NCBI GenBank assembly: GCA_041739995.1
Contig: JBGSMV010000029.1
Span: 96,001-160,000 of the forward strand
DNA length: 64,000 nucleotides
Direction of reading: 5' to 3'
DNA from: Bdellovibrionota bacterium
GTDB taxonomy: Bacteria; Bdellovibrionota_C; UBA2361; JBGSMV01
Shown here: piece after piece, positions 40,811 through 51,059 of the stretch
Layout: every line of letters begins with the position of its first letter
How positions within the stretch are numbered: the first letter of the stretch is position 1
The notes under the pieces: model-generated
Told to the model about the DNA's origin: nothing
What the model saw: the letters and a program-made list of their open reading frames with translations, nothing else
Database searches by the model: none
Position numbers and translations under genes: made by a program

Positions 40811-40910
40811 GGCCCTGCAGCTTTCAACGATACGCATGCTGCTATGTGGAATGCTCTGGATTGGCGGTGCAAAGACGGTGGATCAGCCGGGAAAGCCAAA
40901 CCAGGCCTAG
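40811..40910 (+). pseudogene. displaced, diverged duplicate of the MFS gene 3' end
   Basis: 19 bp identical to 40028-40046; encodes ALQLSTIRMLLCGMLWIGGAKTV...* versus ALQLSTLSLLLCGLVWMSGAKTVA*. Confidence 0.85.
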
Positions 40911-41025
40911 CGAGCGATGCAAGGGCCCAAGTTGTTCCTTGAAGATGCTGCCTGAATGGTCATTCTCGCTAATGCAGCTAAAATAGACCGTGCCCCATAT
41001 CCAGAGGAGGTCTAAGGAATTCCAC

Positions 41026-42132
41026 ATGCGTATATTTCCGTCTCAGTCCGACACGCCGAAAGAACGTCCTGCTCGAGGGCTCGATGTGCTTGGCCCTGAT
41101 GTGGGCTCCGTCGACCGACGCTTGGAACCAAGCGCTGACCTAAACACTTTGAAGCTAGGACAAAACGGAGCTGACCTGATTGCGCTGCGAGAAACACTCG
41201 CGGATCCTCATGCTTCTCGCTATGGCAAGTCAAAAGCAATTACCCTGCTTGCAAAAGATCCGACCGGCCGCGGACTACTTCTCGACACATTGATGGGAGT
41301 GTTTGAAGGCGTGGGCATTCGCGAGCGCGAAAAGGCGGCACGAGCCCTTCATAAAGCTTCTCCAGAGGAGTTCCTCAGAGCGCTCTCTGAGCTGCCAGCT
41401 GATTGCTCCGGGCGAATATTTGGAACACGAGCATTAGTAGGGCACGAAATACGACAAAGTGAGCTGAGATACCTTGTCAATTCAGTGGCGCCTGAGGCGG
41501 ACGAACTTGCGGTGGCGGCTTTGCAGGCGATTCGGACCGGGAAGGATCGGCAGTCGAGTCCTTTTGTTTTCTCCACACTGTGCGCCGAGGCCACCATCAG
41601 ATTGCTTCGATATGCGGAGAAGCGTGGTCTTGCCTACGATAGTGGGGAGGCTCCGACGATCGACGACGCCCCTCATGAGCGAATCTCCCCCACCAGCGTA
41701 CCCTATTCAGAGCTTCGCGCGGGTTTAAAGGGCGCAATAGAGGCGCTGTCCGACGGGCAAGATCGAGTGCTTGCAAGTGCAGTGAGAAATGGGCGCTCTA
41801 CAGAAAGCTGCGTTCTTCCACTGGAGATTCTTAAAGAGCGAAATAGTCCTGAAATTGAACCGCTCGTTCGGGAGATGGTGCGAGATGGACATATCCCTGT
41901 GCACGTCTCGAACTCGTTGCTGAACCTGCGGATTAAATTGCCGGACCTGGGCGAGGATATTCGAGCACTGCTCGCACGAAATCCTTGGAGCAGTTTCGAG
42001 AAGGCGCTTGGTACACTAGGAGTACCGGTTCCAGCATTTCTACGTCCCGAGAGCCGATCCCCCAACGTCAGAGCGCTCTCGCGGCTGCTCGCTTTCAGCG
42101 TCGCACCCTTCGATTCAGCTGACTTCTTTTAA
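41026..42132 (+). CDS. hypothetical helical (HEAT-like) protein
   Basis: Long ORF with REKAARAL / AVAALQAI-type helical repeats. Confidence 0.65.
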   Translation: MRIFPSQSDTPKERPARGLDVLGPDVGSVDRRLEPSADLNTLKLGQNGADLIALRETLADPHASRYGKSKAITLLAKDPTGRGLLLDTLMGVFEGVGIREREKAARALHKASPEEFLRALSELPADCSGRIFGTRALVGHEIRQSELRYLVNSVAPEADELAVAALQAIRTGKDRQSSPFVFSTLCAEATIRLLRYAEKRGLAYDSGEAPTIDDAPHERISPTSVPYSELRAGLKGAIEALSDGQDRVLASAVRNGRSTESCVLPLEILKERNSPEIEPLVREMVRDGHIPVHVSNSLLNLRIKLPDLGEDIRALLARNPWSSFEKALGTLGVPVPAFLRPESRSPNVRALSRLLAFSVAPFDSADFF

Positions 42133-42282
42133 GCCGTTTGGCAGAGGCCACTTTGAGCGAAAGACGCCAGCCGGCGTGCCCGAAGCGTTGCTTTAAATAA
42201 GCAGAACAGCAGGTTAGACAGGCCCATTGAACTCTGAGAAAGACTCTTAAGGAATTTCCCTAGCTGCACCGATAGCTCACGT

Positions 42283-43728
42283 ATGACGAGCGAATTTGAC
42301 TACGACATGGTGGTCATCGGGAGCGGTCCCGGTGGTCAAAAGGCGGCTATGCAGGCTGCGAAACTTGGCAAGCGAGTCGCGATCATTGATGCGCGCGCTC
42401 AGGTGGGAGGAGCCTGTCTCTACGACGGTACTATCCCGAGTAAATCTTTCAGAGAAGCGATTCTCCATCTTTCTGGGTACCGAGAACGCAGTCATTACGG
42501 AAAGGCATATCGCGTCAAACAGTCGGTCATGATGGAAGATCTTACCGGCCGAACTGACGACATCGTTGAAGAGATTGAACAAACGATGCGTTCACAGTTG
42601 ATTCGCAACAACATTGAGGTGCTCGAAGGTTTCGGTTCACTCATTGACCAGAATCGGGTTCGAGTGACACTGAAAAATAGAAGTCAAGAACTCTATACAA
42701 AGTACATCGTGATTGCGACCGGCACTCGTCCGTGGCATCCGCCCGGCTTTGAGTTCGACGGCGAAATCATTCTCGACTCAGACTCTGTTCTCCATATGAA
42801 GGCATTACCGCGCTCGATCAGCATCGTGGGCGGAGGAGTCATCGGCTGTGAGTATGGATCTATGTTTGCGGCGCTGGGAATCAAGGTTACGTTGGTAGAA
42901 GCGCGTGGCAGCATATTGGGATTTGTTGATCGTGAACTCGTTGACTCTTTGGTCTATAAACTGCGTGAACAAAAAGTACTGGTCGTGACCAGTGATAAAG
43001 TAGTGAGATGCGCCCGGTCTCCGGACGGTCGAGCGGTTACATTCCTCGAAAGTGGAAAACGCATAGTGACTGAAGTGCTGCTCGTCTCTGCAGGACGCGT
43101 CGGAAATGTCGAAGGATTGAATTTGGCATCGGTCGCAGTAACCGCAAGCGAGCGCGGGCTGATCAAGGTCAATGAGAATTACCAGACTAGCACTCCATCG
43201 ATCTACGCAGTAGGTGATGTGATTGGAGCTCCTTCGCTCGCGTCCACTTCCCTAGAGCAAGGTCGACGAGCGGCGTGCCACGCCTTTAGCTTGGCCGATA
43301 TCGGTGCCCGCGCACCGATTCCGTATGGCATATATACCATTCCAGAAATCTCGATGGTGGGAGAGACGGAAGCGGAGCTCTCAAGCAAAAAAGTTCCCTA
43401 TGAGGTCGGCATCGCGCGCTTTGGTGAAATTGAGCGTGGGAAGATCGTCGGAGATGATTCGGGGGTATTGAAACTACTCTTTCACCGACACACTCTACAG
43501 ATTCTAGGGGTGCATATCATCGGCGACAGTGCGTCAGAGTTGGTGCACATTGGCCAAACGGTGATGGGATTTAATGGCGGTATCGACTACCTTAGCCATG
43601 CAGTCTTCAACTATCCGACGCTGGGCCAAGCGTATCGAACCGCGGCGCTCGACGGTATGAATAAAGTGGTGGCGACTCAAGGGCTTCCGGATGAGGCTCC
43701 AGGGACAGAGAAATATGAGGTGAACTAG
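42283..43728 (+). CDS. sthA: soluble pyridine nucleotide transhydrogenase
   Basis: GSGPGGQKAA, GTIPSKSFREA, GIYTIPEIS, FNYPTL. Confidence 0.95.
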   Translation: MTSEFDYDMVVIGSGPGGQKAAMQAAKLGKRVAIIDARAQVGGACLYDGTIPSKSFREAILHLSGYRERSHYGKAYRVKQSVMMEDLTGRTDDIVEEIEQTMRSQLIRNNIEVLEGFGSLIDQNRVRVTLKNRSQELYTKYIVIATGTRPWHPPGFEFDGEIILDSDSVLHMKALPRSISIVGGGVIGCEYGSMFAALGIKVTLVEARGSILGFVDRELVDSLVYKLREQKVLVVTSDKVVRCARSPDGRAVTFLESGKRIVTEVLLVSAGRVGNVEGLNLASVAVTASERGLIKVNENYQTSTPSIYAVGDVIGAPSLASTSLEQGRRAACHAFSLADIGARAPIPYGIYTIPEISMVGETEAELSSKKVPYEVGIARFGEIERGKIVGDDSGVLKLLFHRHTLQILGVHIIGDSASELVHIGQTVMGFNGGIDYLSHAVFNYPTLGQAYRTAALDGMNKVVATQGLPDEAPGTEKYEVN

Positions 43729-43760
43729 ATTTCTCATTCGCTTGGGCACCGTGCTTGACC

Positions 43761-45458
43761 TCAGCCCGGTTTGCTCTTGGACCGACGTGCTGTGCTGCGT
43801 ATAGAGCGTAGCAGCGCTAACATCTCCTTGAGTTCCTTACTACCAAAAACCGCGCTAAGGGCCACATAAAGTACCACACACACGGGGACTCCCACTAAAA
43901 CCTGGGTCCAGGCTGTACTGCCTTGAAGTACAAGCTGTGGGATCGCCGTGGCTAAGATTCCTAAGCTGCAGCACTGCAATGCCGCCAAAGTAGGGGCTAA
44001 CCATGAAAGCGAGACTCTGCGAGACAACAGAATCGCGGCAAGGAGAAAGGAAGTCCAAGCTCCTGCGCTTGAGGCAAGTGCCAGGCCTATGTGTCCGTAC
44101 GATTGGGCAATGCCGTTGGCCGAAAGATACTTATGCGCAGCGGTAAGCATGGAGAGCACAAACCCCTCTGGGGGATGGCCTGCGGAAGGATTTCCCATCA
44201 GTACGAGGGAAGAAAATACGACGATCGATAAGGAGAAAAGCCCAATTACCATAGGAGTGACGGTGTCCTGACGCGCGATGAATGCTCGAGAAAGCAACGA
44301 GTAAATGCTCATGGCCCATATGCCAAAAGCATAGGCTTGAATTGCACTGCTGGTGCGGGCAACGGAGAGTGCGTCGAAGGCGCCACGCTCAAACGCCACT
44401 GATACCAGCGCAGGGGCGAAGAAAAAGAGCCCGCAGCTTACTGGAAAAATGACGAAGCTGGTGATTCTCAGAGAGGACTGAAGCTTTGAGACGAACGTTG
44501 ATTCATCCTTGTCTGCGCTTGCGTGTGAGAGTGCGGGCAACAGCACAGACGCTAACGCAATCGAAAAAATCCCAATGGGAAGCTGTACCAATCGGTCAGC
44601 ATAAAAAAGCCAGGACACGCTGCCGGTCTCAAGCGTTGAAGCAAAAACCGTATTCAGAAATATGCCGATTTGATAGACTGCGGCACCTATGAGCGCCGGC
44701 CCGACAAGTGTCAGCATTTTCCGGGAGGCGGGGGTGAGTGGAGAGCGAGATAGTTTTAATTGAAAGCCAGCTTTGCGAAGTGCAGGGAGCTGGCTTACCA
44801 CCTGAACGAGTCCTCCCGCCAACACGGAGACGGCGAGTATTACTGCTGCCGCTCGTTGTTCCATAAATTGGGCTAAGACCGCGCCGAGAATCAGGCAGGC
44901 ATTCATGAAGACTTGCGCCATGGCGGCGGCTCCGAAAATGCCGCTGGCATTTAGAGCGCCATTTAAAAGTGCGACAAAACTCACGCAGATTACGAATGGC
45001 AGCATCAACTGAGTCAGCTGCACACACAGTGCAAACTGTTCGGGATCGCGTCGAAATCCGGGAGCTATGATCTCAATAAGTGGCTCAGCGTAGAGCGAGC
45101 CGAGAAGTGCGAGGGCTAGGGTGACGGTTAAGAGCAACGTTGCGAAAGAACTGAGAGCGGACTGAGCAGCAGCTCGACTTTCCTTTAGCTCACTGGTGAA
45201 TACGGGGAGAAAAGCGGAAGTCATCGCACCTTCGGCCACGAAACTTCTTAATACATTGGGAATACGAAACGCTACGAAAAAGGCGTCAGCGACCGGAGAG
45301 GCGCCAAACATGCGCGCGACCAAGAGATCTCTAATAAATCCAAGGAAGCGGCTGACTACGGTAAGCGAGCTTACCAAAGCGGCGGAGCGAGCCGTCGAAG
45401 TAGGTTTAATTGAAGCAGGTTTGGAGCTGGTGCTCCGTATTGTTGGGGTCTCTGCCAT
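43761..45458 (-). CDS. murJ: lipid II flippase MurJ
   Basis: SRFLGFIRD, AFRIPNVLR..AEGA, YADRLVQLPIG. Confidence 0.96.
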   Translation of the reverse strand: MAETPTIRSTSSKPASIKPTSTARSAALVSSLTVVSRFLGFIRDLLVARMFGASPVADAFFVAFRIPNVLRSFVAEGAMTSAFLPVFTSELKESRAAAQSALSSFATLLLTVTLALALLGSLYAEPLIEIIAPGFRRDPEQFALCVQLTQLMLPFVICVSFVALLNGALNASGIFGAAAMAQVFMNACLILGAVLAQFMEQRAAAVILAVSVLAGGLVQVVSQLPALRKAGFQLKLSRSPLTPASRKMLTLVGPALIGAAVYQIGIFLNTVFASTLETGSVSWLFYADRLVQLPIGIFSIALASVLLPALSHASADKDESTFVSKLQSSLRITSFVIFPVSCGLFFFAPALVSVAFERGAFDALSVARTSSAIQAYAFGIWAMSIYSLLSRAFIARQDTVTPMVIGLFSLSIVVFSSLVLMGNPSAGHPPEGFVLSMLTAAHKYLSANGIAQSYGHIGLALASSAGAWTSFLLAAILLSRRVSLSWLAPTLAALQCCSLGILATAIPQLVLQGSTAWTQVLVGVPVCVVLYVALSAVFGSKELKEMLALLRSIRSTARRSKSKPG

Positions 45459-45544
45459 ACGTGGCAGGAGGATCGCATGCGGGCGCTGCCCAGAAAAGGG
45501 TGAATGGCAGCCTTCAAGAGGGGAATCGGGATGTCCTGAAGCGG

Positions 45545-47764
45545 CTATTCGCCGCGTTCAAGCAGACGATGCACGCGTGCCAGCATCACTCGGCTGTCGG
45601 AGGCTTTGCTGACAAAATCATCAGCACCACTATTGAGAGAGGACAGCTCATTCTCCTCACCGTCGGCTGCGGTAAGCATCAGCACGGGAATCTCTCTGGC
45701 GCGCTTGTCCTTGCGAAGGCGTTGAAGGAATTCGATGCCGCCCATGCGCGGCATCATAAGGTCACACAGAATCAGCTCTGGGATTTTGTCAAATACCTTC
45801 TCTAGTGCATCGAGGCCATCTTCTGCCTCAACTACCTCGAACATTTCTCGTTTCAGTAGCATGGAAAGAACCGTGCGGGTGTTCTCGTCATCCTCGATCA
45901 GCAGGATTCTGCGTCTTGAAAGCGCCGAAGTATTGGTGGAAGCTTTCGAAGAGCGGCCAAGCCGTGCTTGTTGGGCCTGGTCCTCGGCTACAAGAATCTC
46001 AAGAGATCCCAGACCACGCTCGAGCTCCTCTAGGGAAGTGACCCCTTCATTGACCAGTCCTACCCCGGCCTCCAAGAGTGAGTGAAATCCATTTTCGCGG
46101 GCGATGCTCTCAATTTCAGCTTCGCCTTTGTTGAGCCGTATGGCTTCGCGCACTGAGTCGTTAACATCCAATATGCTATAGACACCCACGCGACCGTTGT
46201 ACCCTGAGTCGTCGCAGTCTTCGCACCCTTTAGCTTGCTTCACGGTGTTGGCGTCGATGCCGAGTGATTTCTGTAGTTCGGTACTGTAGGTGCAGCCACC
46301 GACCGCGCAGCGCTGGCAAAGGCGTCTTACGAGGCGCTGCGCAACGACGGTGCCGACGGAGGAGGCGATAATATAGGGGGCGAGGCCAATATCCTGCAGT
46401 CGGGTAAAAGCACTTGCGGCGGAATTGGTATGGAGGGTTGAGAGCACAAGGTGACCGGTCTGCGCCGCTTGCATAGCCATTTCGGCGGTCTCAGTATCGC
46501 GAATCTCTCCCACCATGATTACGTCAGGGTCTTGTCTCAGGATTGAGCGTAGTCCTTCAGCAAAGGACACATTGACCTTGGTATTCACTTGGATTTGGTT
46601 GATACCCTCAATTTTATATTCAATTGGATCTTCCACGGTTACAATTGAGTTTGTGCCGTCATGCAGCATCATGAGTGTGGCGTACAGCGTGGAGGTTTTG
46701 CCTGACCCGGTCGGTCCGGTCACTAGTACCACTCGGGCGGAGCTTTTCAGGACGGTTTCTAATTGCTGCTGAGTATGTGGATCGAGTCCGAGCGAAGAGA
46801 AATTAAGCTTGGTTGCGTCGGTTGAGAGTATGCGTATCACTACACTCTCGCCGAAGGCGGTAGGGACAGTGGAGACACGCAGGTCCTTCACTCCGCTAGA
46901 TGCCTTGACTCGCATTCTGCCATCTTGGGGTCGTCGTCGCTCGGCGATGTCCATACCCGCGAGCAACTTCATCCTAGAGATCACTGCATTCTGAACGCGT
47001 GCAGGAACGGTGAATAGAGGATGCATGATGCCATCGACCCGGATCTGAATCGTGATTACCTCGCTCTCAGGCACGACGTGAATATCACTGGCGCGCTTTT
47101 GAATTGCATCCGCAATAATTTTATTTGCCAACCGCACAACCGGTGCTGCGGAGAGATCTGAACTGGTGAGAGTGGTGTCGAACTCGGAGAAGTCGTCTCC
47201 CGCGGCATTTTCTGACGGAGGCGTGTTGAGGCTGAGGCCCTCTGAATCTTTGTATACCAAGGATGCAAGATCTTTGTCCGTGGTAGCTGAACGATGCGAT
47301 CCAAGCACCTCTCGAATCGATTCCTCTCGTGCAATCGCGGGGCGTACCGCGAGCCCGGTGGTTTCACGAATTCGTTGAAGGATCTGAAAGTCGAGAGGAT
47401 TCGCGAACGCAACGGTGAGATGGGTGCCCTCAATCACGATAGGGACCGCACGGAGATCGTCCCAGATCTGTGGGCTCAGGCCCGCTAGTTTTGAATCTTT
47501 AAGTAACTGCGCTGATTTCTCTCTGGCATTTTTTTCAAGCGGCATCAGCGGAATGCTCAGCTTCTCAGCGAGAGCTTTAAGCGCTGATTGCTCGTCGAAC
47601 TTGGACAAACGCGCGTACCACCAAATCGGGTGGAAGCCATCGCGCAACATTCTCTCTACCTCTGTGCCGAACGAGCTTTCTTCAATGTCGGTAAGCAGTC
47701 CCTCTTTGGCAAGCATATGACAAAGTCGGACATGCACGTCTTTTGAGATCTTCCACTGTGACAT
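45545..47764 (-). CDS. GspE/PilB family ATPase with C-terminal receiver domain
   Basis: ASDIH, GPTGSGKT, LRQDPDVIMVGEIRD, tetracysteine motif; REC LLIEDD...CDLMMP. Confidence 0.93.
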   Translation of the reverse strand: MSQWKISKDVHVRLCHMLAKEGLLTDIEESSFGTEVERMLRDGFHPIWWYARLSKFDEQSALKALAEKLSIPLMPLEKNAREKSAQLLKDSKLAGLSPQIWDDLRAVPIVIEGTHLTVAFANPLDFQILQRIRETTGLAVRPAIAREESIREVLGSHRSATTDKDLASLVYKDSEGLSLNTPPSENAAGDDFSEFDTTLTSSDLSAAPVVRLANKIIADAIQKRASDIHVVPESEVITIQIRVDGIMHPLFTVPARVQNAVISRMKLLAGMDIAERRRPQDGRMRVKASSGVKDLRVSTVPTAFGESVVIRILSTDATKLNFSSLGLDPHTQQQLETVLKSSARVVLVTGPTGSGKTSTLYATLMMLHDGTNSIVTVEDPIEYKIEGINQIQVNTKVNVSFAEGLRSILRQDPDVIMVGEIRDTETAEMAMQAAQTGHLVLSTLHTNSAASAFTRLQDIGLAPYIIASSVGTVVAQRLVRRLCQRCAVGGCTYSTELQKSLGIDANTVKQAKGCEDCDDSGYNGRVGVYSILDVNDSVREAIRLNKGEAEIESIARENGFHSLLEAGVGLVNEGVTSLEELERGLGSLEILVAEDQAQQARLGRSSKASTNTSALSRRRILLIEDDENTRTVLSMLLKREMFEVVEAEDGLDALEKVFDKIPELILCDLMMPRMGGIEFLQRLRKDKRAREIPVLMLTAADGEENELSSLNSGADDFVSKASDSRVMLARVHRLLERGE

Positions 47765-48136
47765 AATGAAGTAGTCCTTTGATGGGCATCAAGGCAGAGA
47801 TATCCCACGCACGAACGATGAGCATCTTCGCGCCATGTTTCTCTGGGAGCCTCCCCAAGAGATCTTCGGCATCTAGGTGGATTTGCTATAGGGCAGGATT
47901 GACGCGAGAATTTTGCCTTTTGAGAGAGCGAGCCTCGCAGGTAACATGTTGATACAATTGCATGTAGTAAGGGGTAGGGAGCGCTCGTCCTCGCCTCCCA
48001 CCGAAGGCGAGCATGGTAGCTGAACGGGGGGGGCTAAAAATGTGAATTTAGTTCGTTCTTTAGATGAGTTACAGAGCACAGAAGTGGTTGAGGCCGGCAT
48101 AACAGAGCGTCGACTACCGTTTCTTAAGTCTGGTCA

Positions 48137-48263
48137 CTATGGAGTCTGTGACACAGCCTTGTTTGTGAGAGTCCGCCTTGGCTCGCATTTTACTATGCGG
48201 TTATTTGATTTGAGTAGGCTTGCGCGGGACGTCGTAGTCTGCGCCTGCGTCATAGACTGCTAG
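48137..48263 (+). mobile_element. MITE family C, full copy
   Basis: GGAGTCTGTGACACAG...CTGCGTCATAGACTGCTAG inverted ends. Confidence 0.78.
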
Positions 48264-48273
48264 GAAATCTGGA

Positions 48274-50331
48274 ATGGGCCCATCGAAAGAGCCAAGTGTA
48301 AACGTCACCGGGAGTTTTCTTTCCCCGCGTGCTCGCGCCTGTGGCCTCGAAGGAGTAGTTCGAGAGGCATTGGTGGAGCAGGGGGTAGCGCAGGGTGAGA
48401 AGCTGGAGTGCTTTTTAAACAGCACGCCCTGCGTTCTTAAGTTGCGCGGCGTTCCTCCGACACGAGAAGCGGTTCTTTCTTTCTCGGGAGACCAGCGGGT
48501 GATTGTGAGGCTTTCGCTCAACACTCTGTCAGGAGCTCAGCAAATGCTGGTTGACGAATTGCTGAGTGGAAAGCGGCAGGACGAAAGAGGGCAGCCCGCC
48601 GAGCATGATCTCACATTGCAGCTGAAACGACCGTTAGATCTATTGTCCTCTCATGAACGAATTACCGTAGTGATTGCTCAGTGCATTGCGGGTACCAGAG
48701 CGTCTGAGCTAAAGCCCTCCTTACCAATTGATGGATTTGGGCCAGCGGAGCATCAGCTGCTCGCACGTGGATTGCTCGCCGAGCGTTATGCCGCAGCAGG
48801 GCGAAAGAGCGAGGCGCAAGCTCTCTACCAAGAACTTCTTGAGGATGGTTGTGAGCGACTTGAAAGGATCGCAAAGGAGGGATTAAGCCGAGAGCGCTCC
48901 ATTAAAGTCCTTGGCGAACTCTATGGTTATCTTCTTTCGGGGGCAGTACGCGGGGGAAATGGAGATCTTGTCGCACAATGCACTAAAGCGATTGCAGCCA
49001 CCCTGCCTGAGTTGAACGAGAATATCGAGAGAGCGGCCTTTCTCTTTTTCGGTGATGACGCTTTATCTGAGATGGTTTCTGCTCGAAGAACGCCCGCTGC
49101 GCTTGGAATCATAAGCGAACTGCCACTTGAGGCGCAGGGCCAGACTATGATTACGTTATTCTATTCTCTTGATTCGGGCGTATCTCCAAGTAGCTTTACG
49201 TTACTTGCAGAGTTCGTGGAGCAGTTAGAGCTACAGCTTCAGATCGAGTCAATCGATCGTGAAGATAACGAGGACTTAATTGAAAAGCTGCGTAACGCCT
49301 GTGTGGTTACTGGGCTGCGTCTTGGGTACCGGAACCCAGAAGATCTTGGTGCAGACCCTCACCTGGACTTGTTCAACGGCACTGTCGCTGGTGTCCTTGC
49401 GGGAGCGCATCTGCTTCGAGGGAGTGCGGCGGATGCAAAGTCTGTGTTCGATGAGTTTTGTCGCCGCGAATCTGGTGAGGATCGAGAGCGGGAGAGTCGC
49501 GAATTTATTGAAGGCATTCTTAAAGTCACGCCGCTTGGATATTCGCTGGCGGAAGAAGCACTTTTTGATCTCACCAAACCGGCCACCATCGTTGAAGATT
49601 CTTTTAAGATTATTTGTGCGGCTTTTGAGGCAGGAGCTGCCAAATGGAGTGAGGAAAGACTTGATCGATGGTTGAGTGAGCTTCCATCGCCTGAACCGAG
49701 TGACATGAGCTCTTCCAAGACTGGTTCATTTAGTTGGGCTTTGAAAGAGGGACTCCTCTGCTTAGGCCGACAGTCCGATAATTTTGAGCATCGGGGCCCG
49801 CTATTTACCAGACTCTTCGATACGTTTGTTCCACACTTCGGTGAAAGTCGTGGCGACCTCGCATTGATGCAGCGATTTTTTGCTTTCGCCGGAGAGTATG
49901 GATTGCTGGAGACGCTCTCTAGACTCGATCGTCATCGGCAATGCTCACCGCTAAAACGCTTTGAACTTTGCCTTGCGACCATAAAATCGAGAGCTTCTGA
50001 AGGGTCCCCAGAACTTGCGAGCAAAGCGGTTCGTGCCGCGCAAAAATTACTTATTGATTCAGCCGAAGATGGCGCTCACGGAAGAGCCGTTGGTTTTGAG
50101 CCGCTGCTCCACGATGAGGATGTGTTTCAGGGTTTTGTTCGTCAAAAGGCACGACTGTTGGAAGCGGTTCTTATCGCAAATCTTTCACCCGCAAGCGAAG
50201 AAATTGCAGACTCATTGATTGGAAACGCAGGTATGGCAAATCCAGATCTGTTGCCTTCGCTCACCTACGGAGTTGCGGTGACGCTGCGCCGCTGGGAATT
50301 AAAGAAAGATCAGCCGTCAATTCTGAAGTAG
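48274..50331 (+). CDS. large helical hypothetical protein
   Basis: 685-aa ORF; no family recognised. Confidence 0.75.
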   Translation: MGPSKEPSVNVTGSFLSPRARACGLEGVVREALVEQGVAQGEKLECFLNSTPCVLKLRGVPPTREAVLSFSGDQRVIVRLSLNTLSGAQQMLVDELLSGKRQDERGQPAEHDLTLQLKRPLDLLSSHERITVVIAQCIAGTRASELKPSLPIDGFGPAEHQLLARGLLAERYAAAGRKSEAQALYQELLEDGCERLERIAKEGLSRERSIKVLGELYGYLLSGAVRGGNGDLVAQCTKAIAATLPELNENIERAAFLFFGDDALSEMVSARRTPAALGIISELPLEAQGQTMITLFYSLDSGVSPSSFTLLAEFVEQLELQLQIESIDREDNEDLIEKLRNACVVTGLRLGYRNPEDLGADPHLDLFNGTVAGVLAGAHLLRGSAADAKSVFDEFCRRESGEDRERESREFIEGILKVTPLGYSLAEEALFDLTKPATIVEDSFKIICAAFEAGAAKWSEERLDRWLSELPSPEPSDMSSSKTGSFSWALKEGLLCLGRQSDNFEHRGPLFTRLFDTFVPHFGESRGDLALMQRFFAFAGEYGLLETLSRLDRHRQCSPLKRFELCLATIKSRASEGSPELASKAVRAAQKLLIDSAEDGAHGRAVGFEPLLHDEDVFQGFVRQKARLLEAVLIANLSPASEEIADSLIGNAGMANPDLLPSLTYGVAVTLRRWELKKDQPSILK

Positions 50332-50363
50332 GGGCGAGGCAGACGAGGATTCGAGGTTGATTC

Positions 50364-50978
50364 TCATAACCATGCTTTCAGCTCCAGCCAGCGCCGCCAT
50401 GATTTTCGATACACCGCACAGAGCAGCAGCACATTCACCACTAGAAGATAGATTTGAAAAGCAGAGTTCTCGATATTCCATACCGGAATTGAAGGAATAA
50501 CGAGCGCCACACTTACGAAGCTGGCTACATAGACCATTCCTGTTTCGGTCTCCGGAAACTTCCAGGCCTTGATGAGCGTGGGAATGGAAGCGAAGCCATC
50601 CGCTATCGCTGCGAATAAAATGGCAAGTCGTGGCGAGTCAACTGCTCCCCAAACGACCAACGCGAGAATCGAAAACGCGCCACATATCACGTCGAAAGCG
50701 GAAAGCTTCCAATAGCTCTGTCGATTCATGAAAGAAGCAAGGACGACAAGCAAGGGAATGAATCCCGCTAGAAATATTCTGGCCGTTGCCCACAAGTCAG
50801 CATCAGACGCGAGGGCAGCGAAGGTTCCGATGAGTGGAGCGACCGCCCACATGGTCCAGGAGACTCGGTTCGGCTTGGTCTTACCCGAAAGTGTATCTCT
50901 GATGTACGCGAGCGCCCCGGCAACGCTAATGAGAGCGCTTAAAACTACGAGCCAATGAACAACGGAGAGTTTGAGCAC
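50364..50978 (-). CDS. multi-pass membrane protein (PQ-loop-like)
   Basis: About 7 TM segments; YIRDTLSGKTKPNRVSW and IPTLIKAWKFPETE loops. Confidence 0.75.
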   Translation of the reverse strand: MLKLSVVHWLVVLSALISVAGALAYIRDTLSGKTKPNRVSWTMWAVAPLIGTFAALASDADLWATARIFLAGFIPLLVVLASFMNRQSYWKLSAFDVICGAFSILALVVWGAVDSPRLAILFAAIADGFASIPTLIKAWKFPETETGMVYVASFVSVALVIPSIPVWNIENSAFQIYLLVVNVLLLCAVYRKSWRRWLELKAWL

Positions 50979-51059
50979 GTGGGTTATTAGCGCGAAAGCA
51001 CCCTAAAGGTCGAGGATAATTACGATTGAGGCGGTTGGCCTTGTGAAGCCTTGGAGAAT

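Noticed and set aside
42248..42275. Sigma-28-like TAAGG-N15-ACCGATAG before sthA
   Set aside because: Imperfect match and almost abutting the start codon; too weak to call
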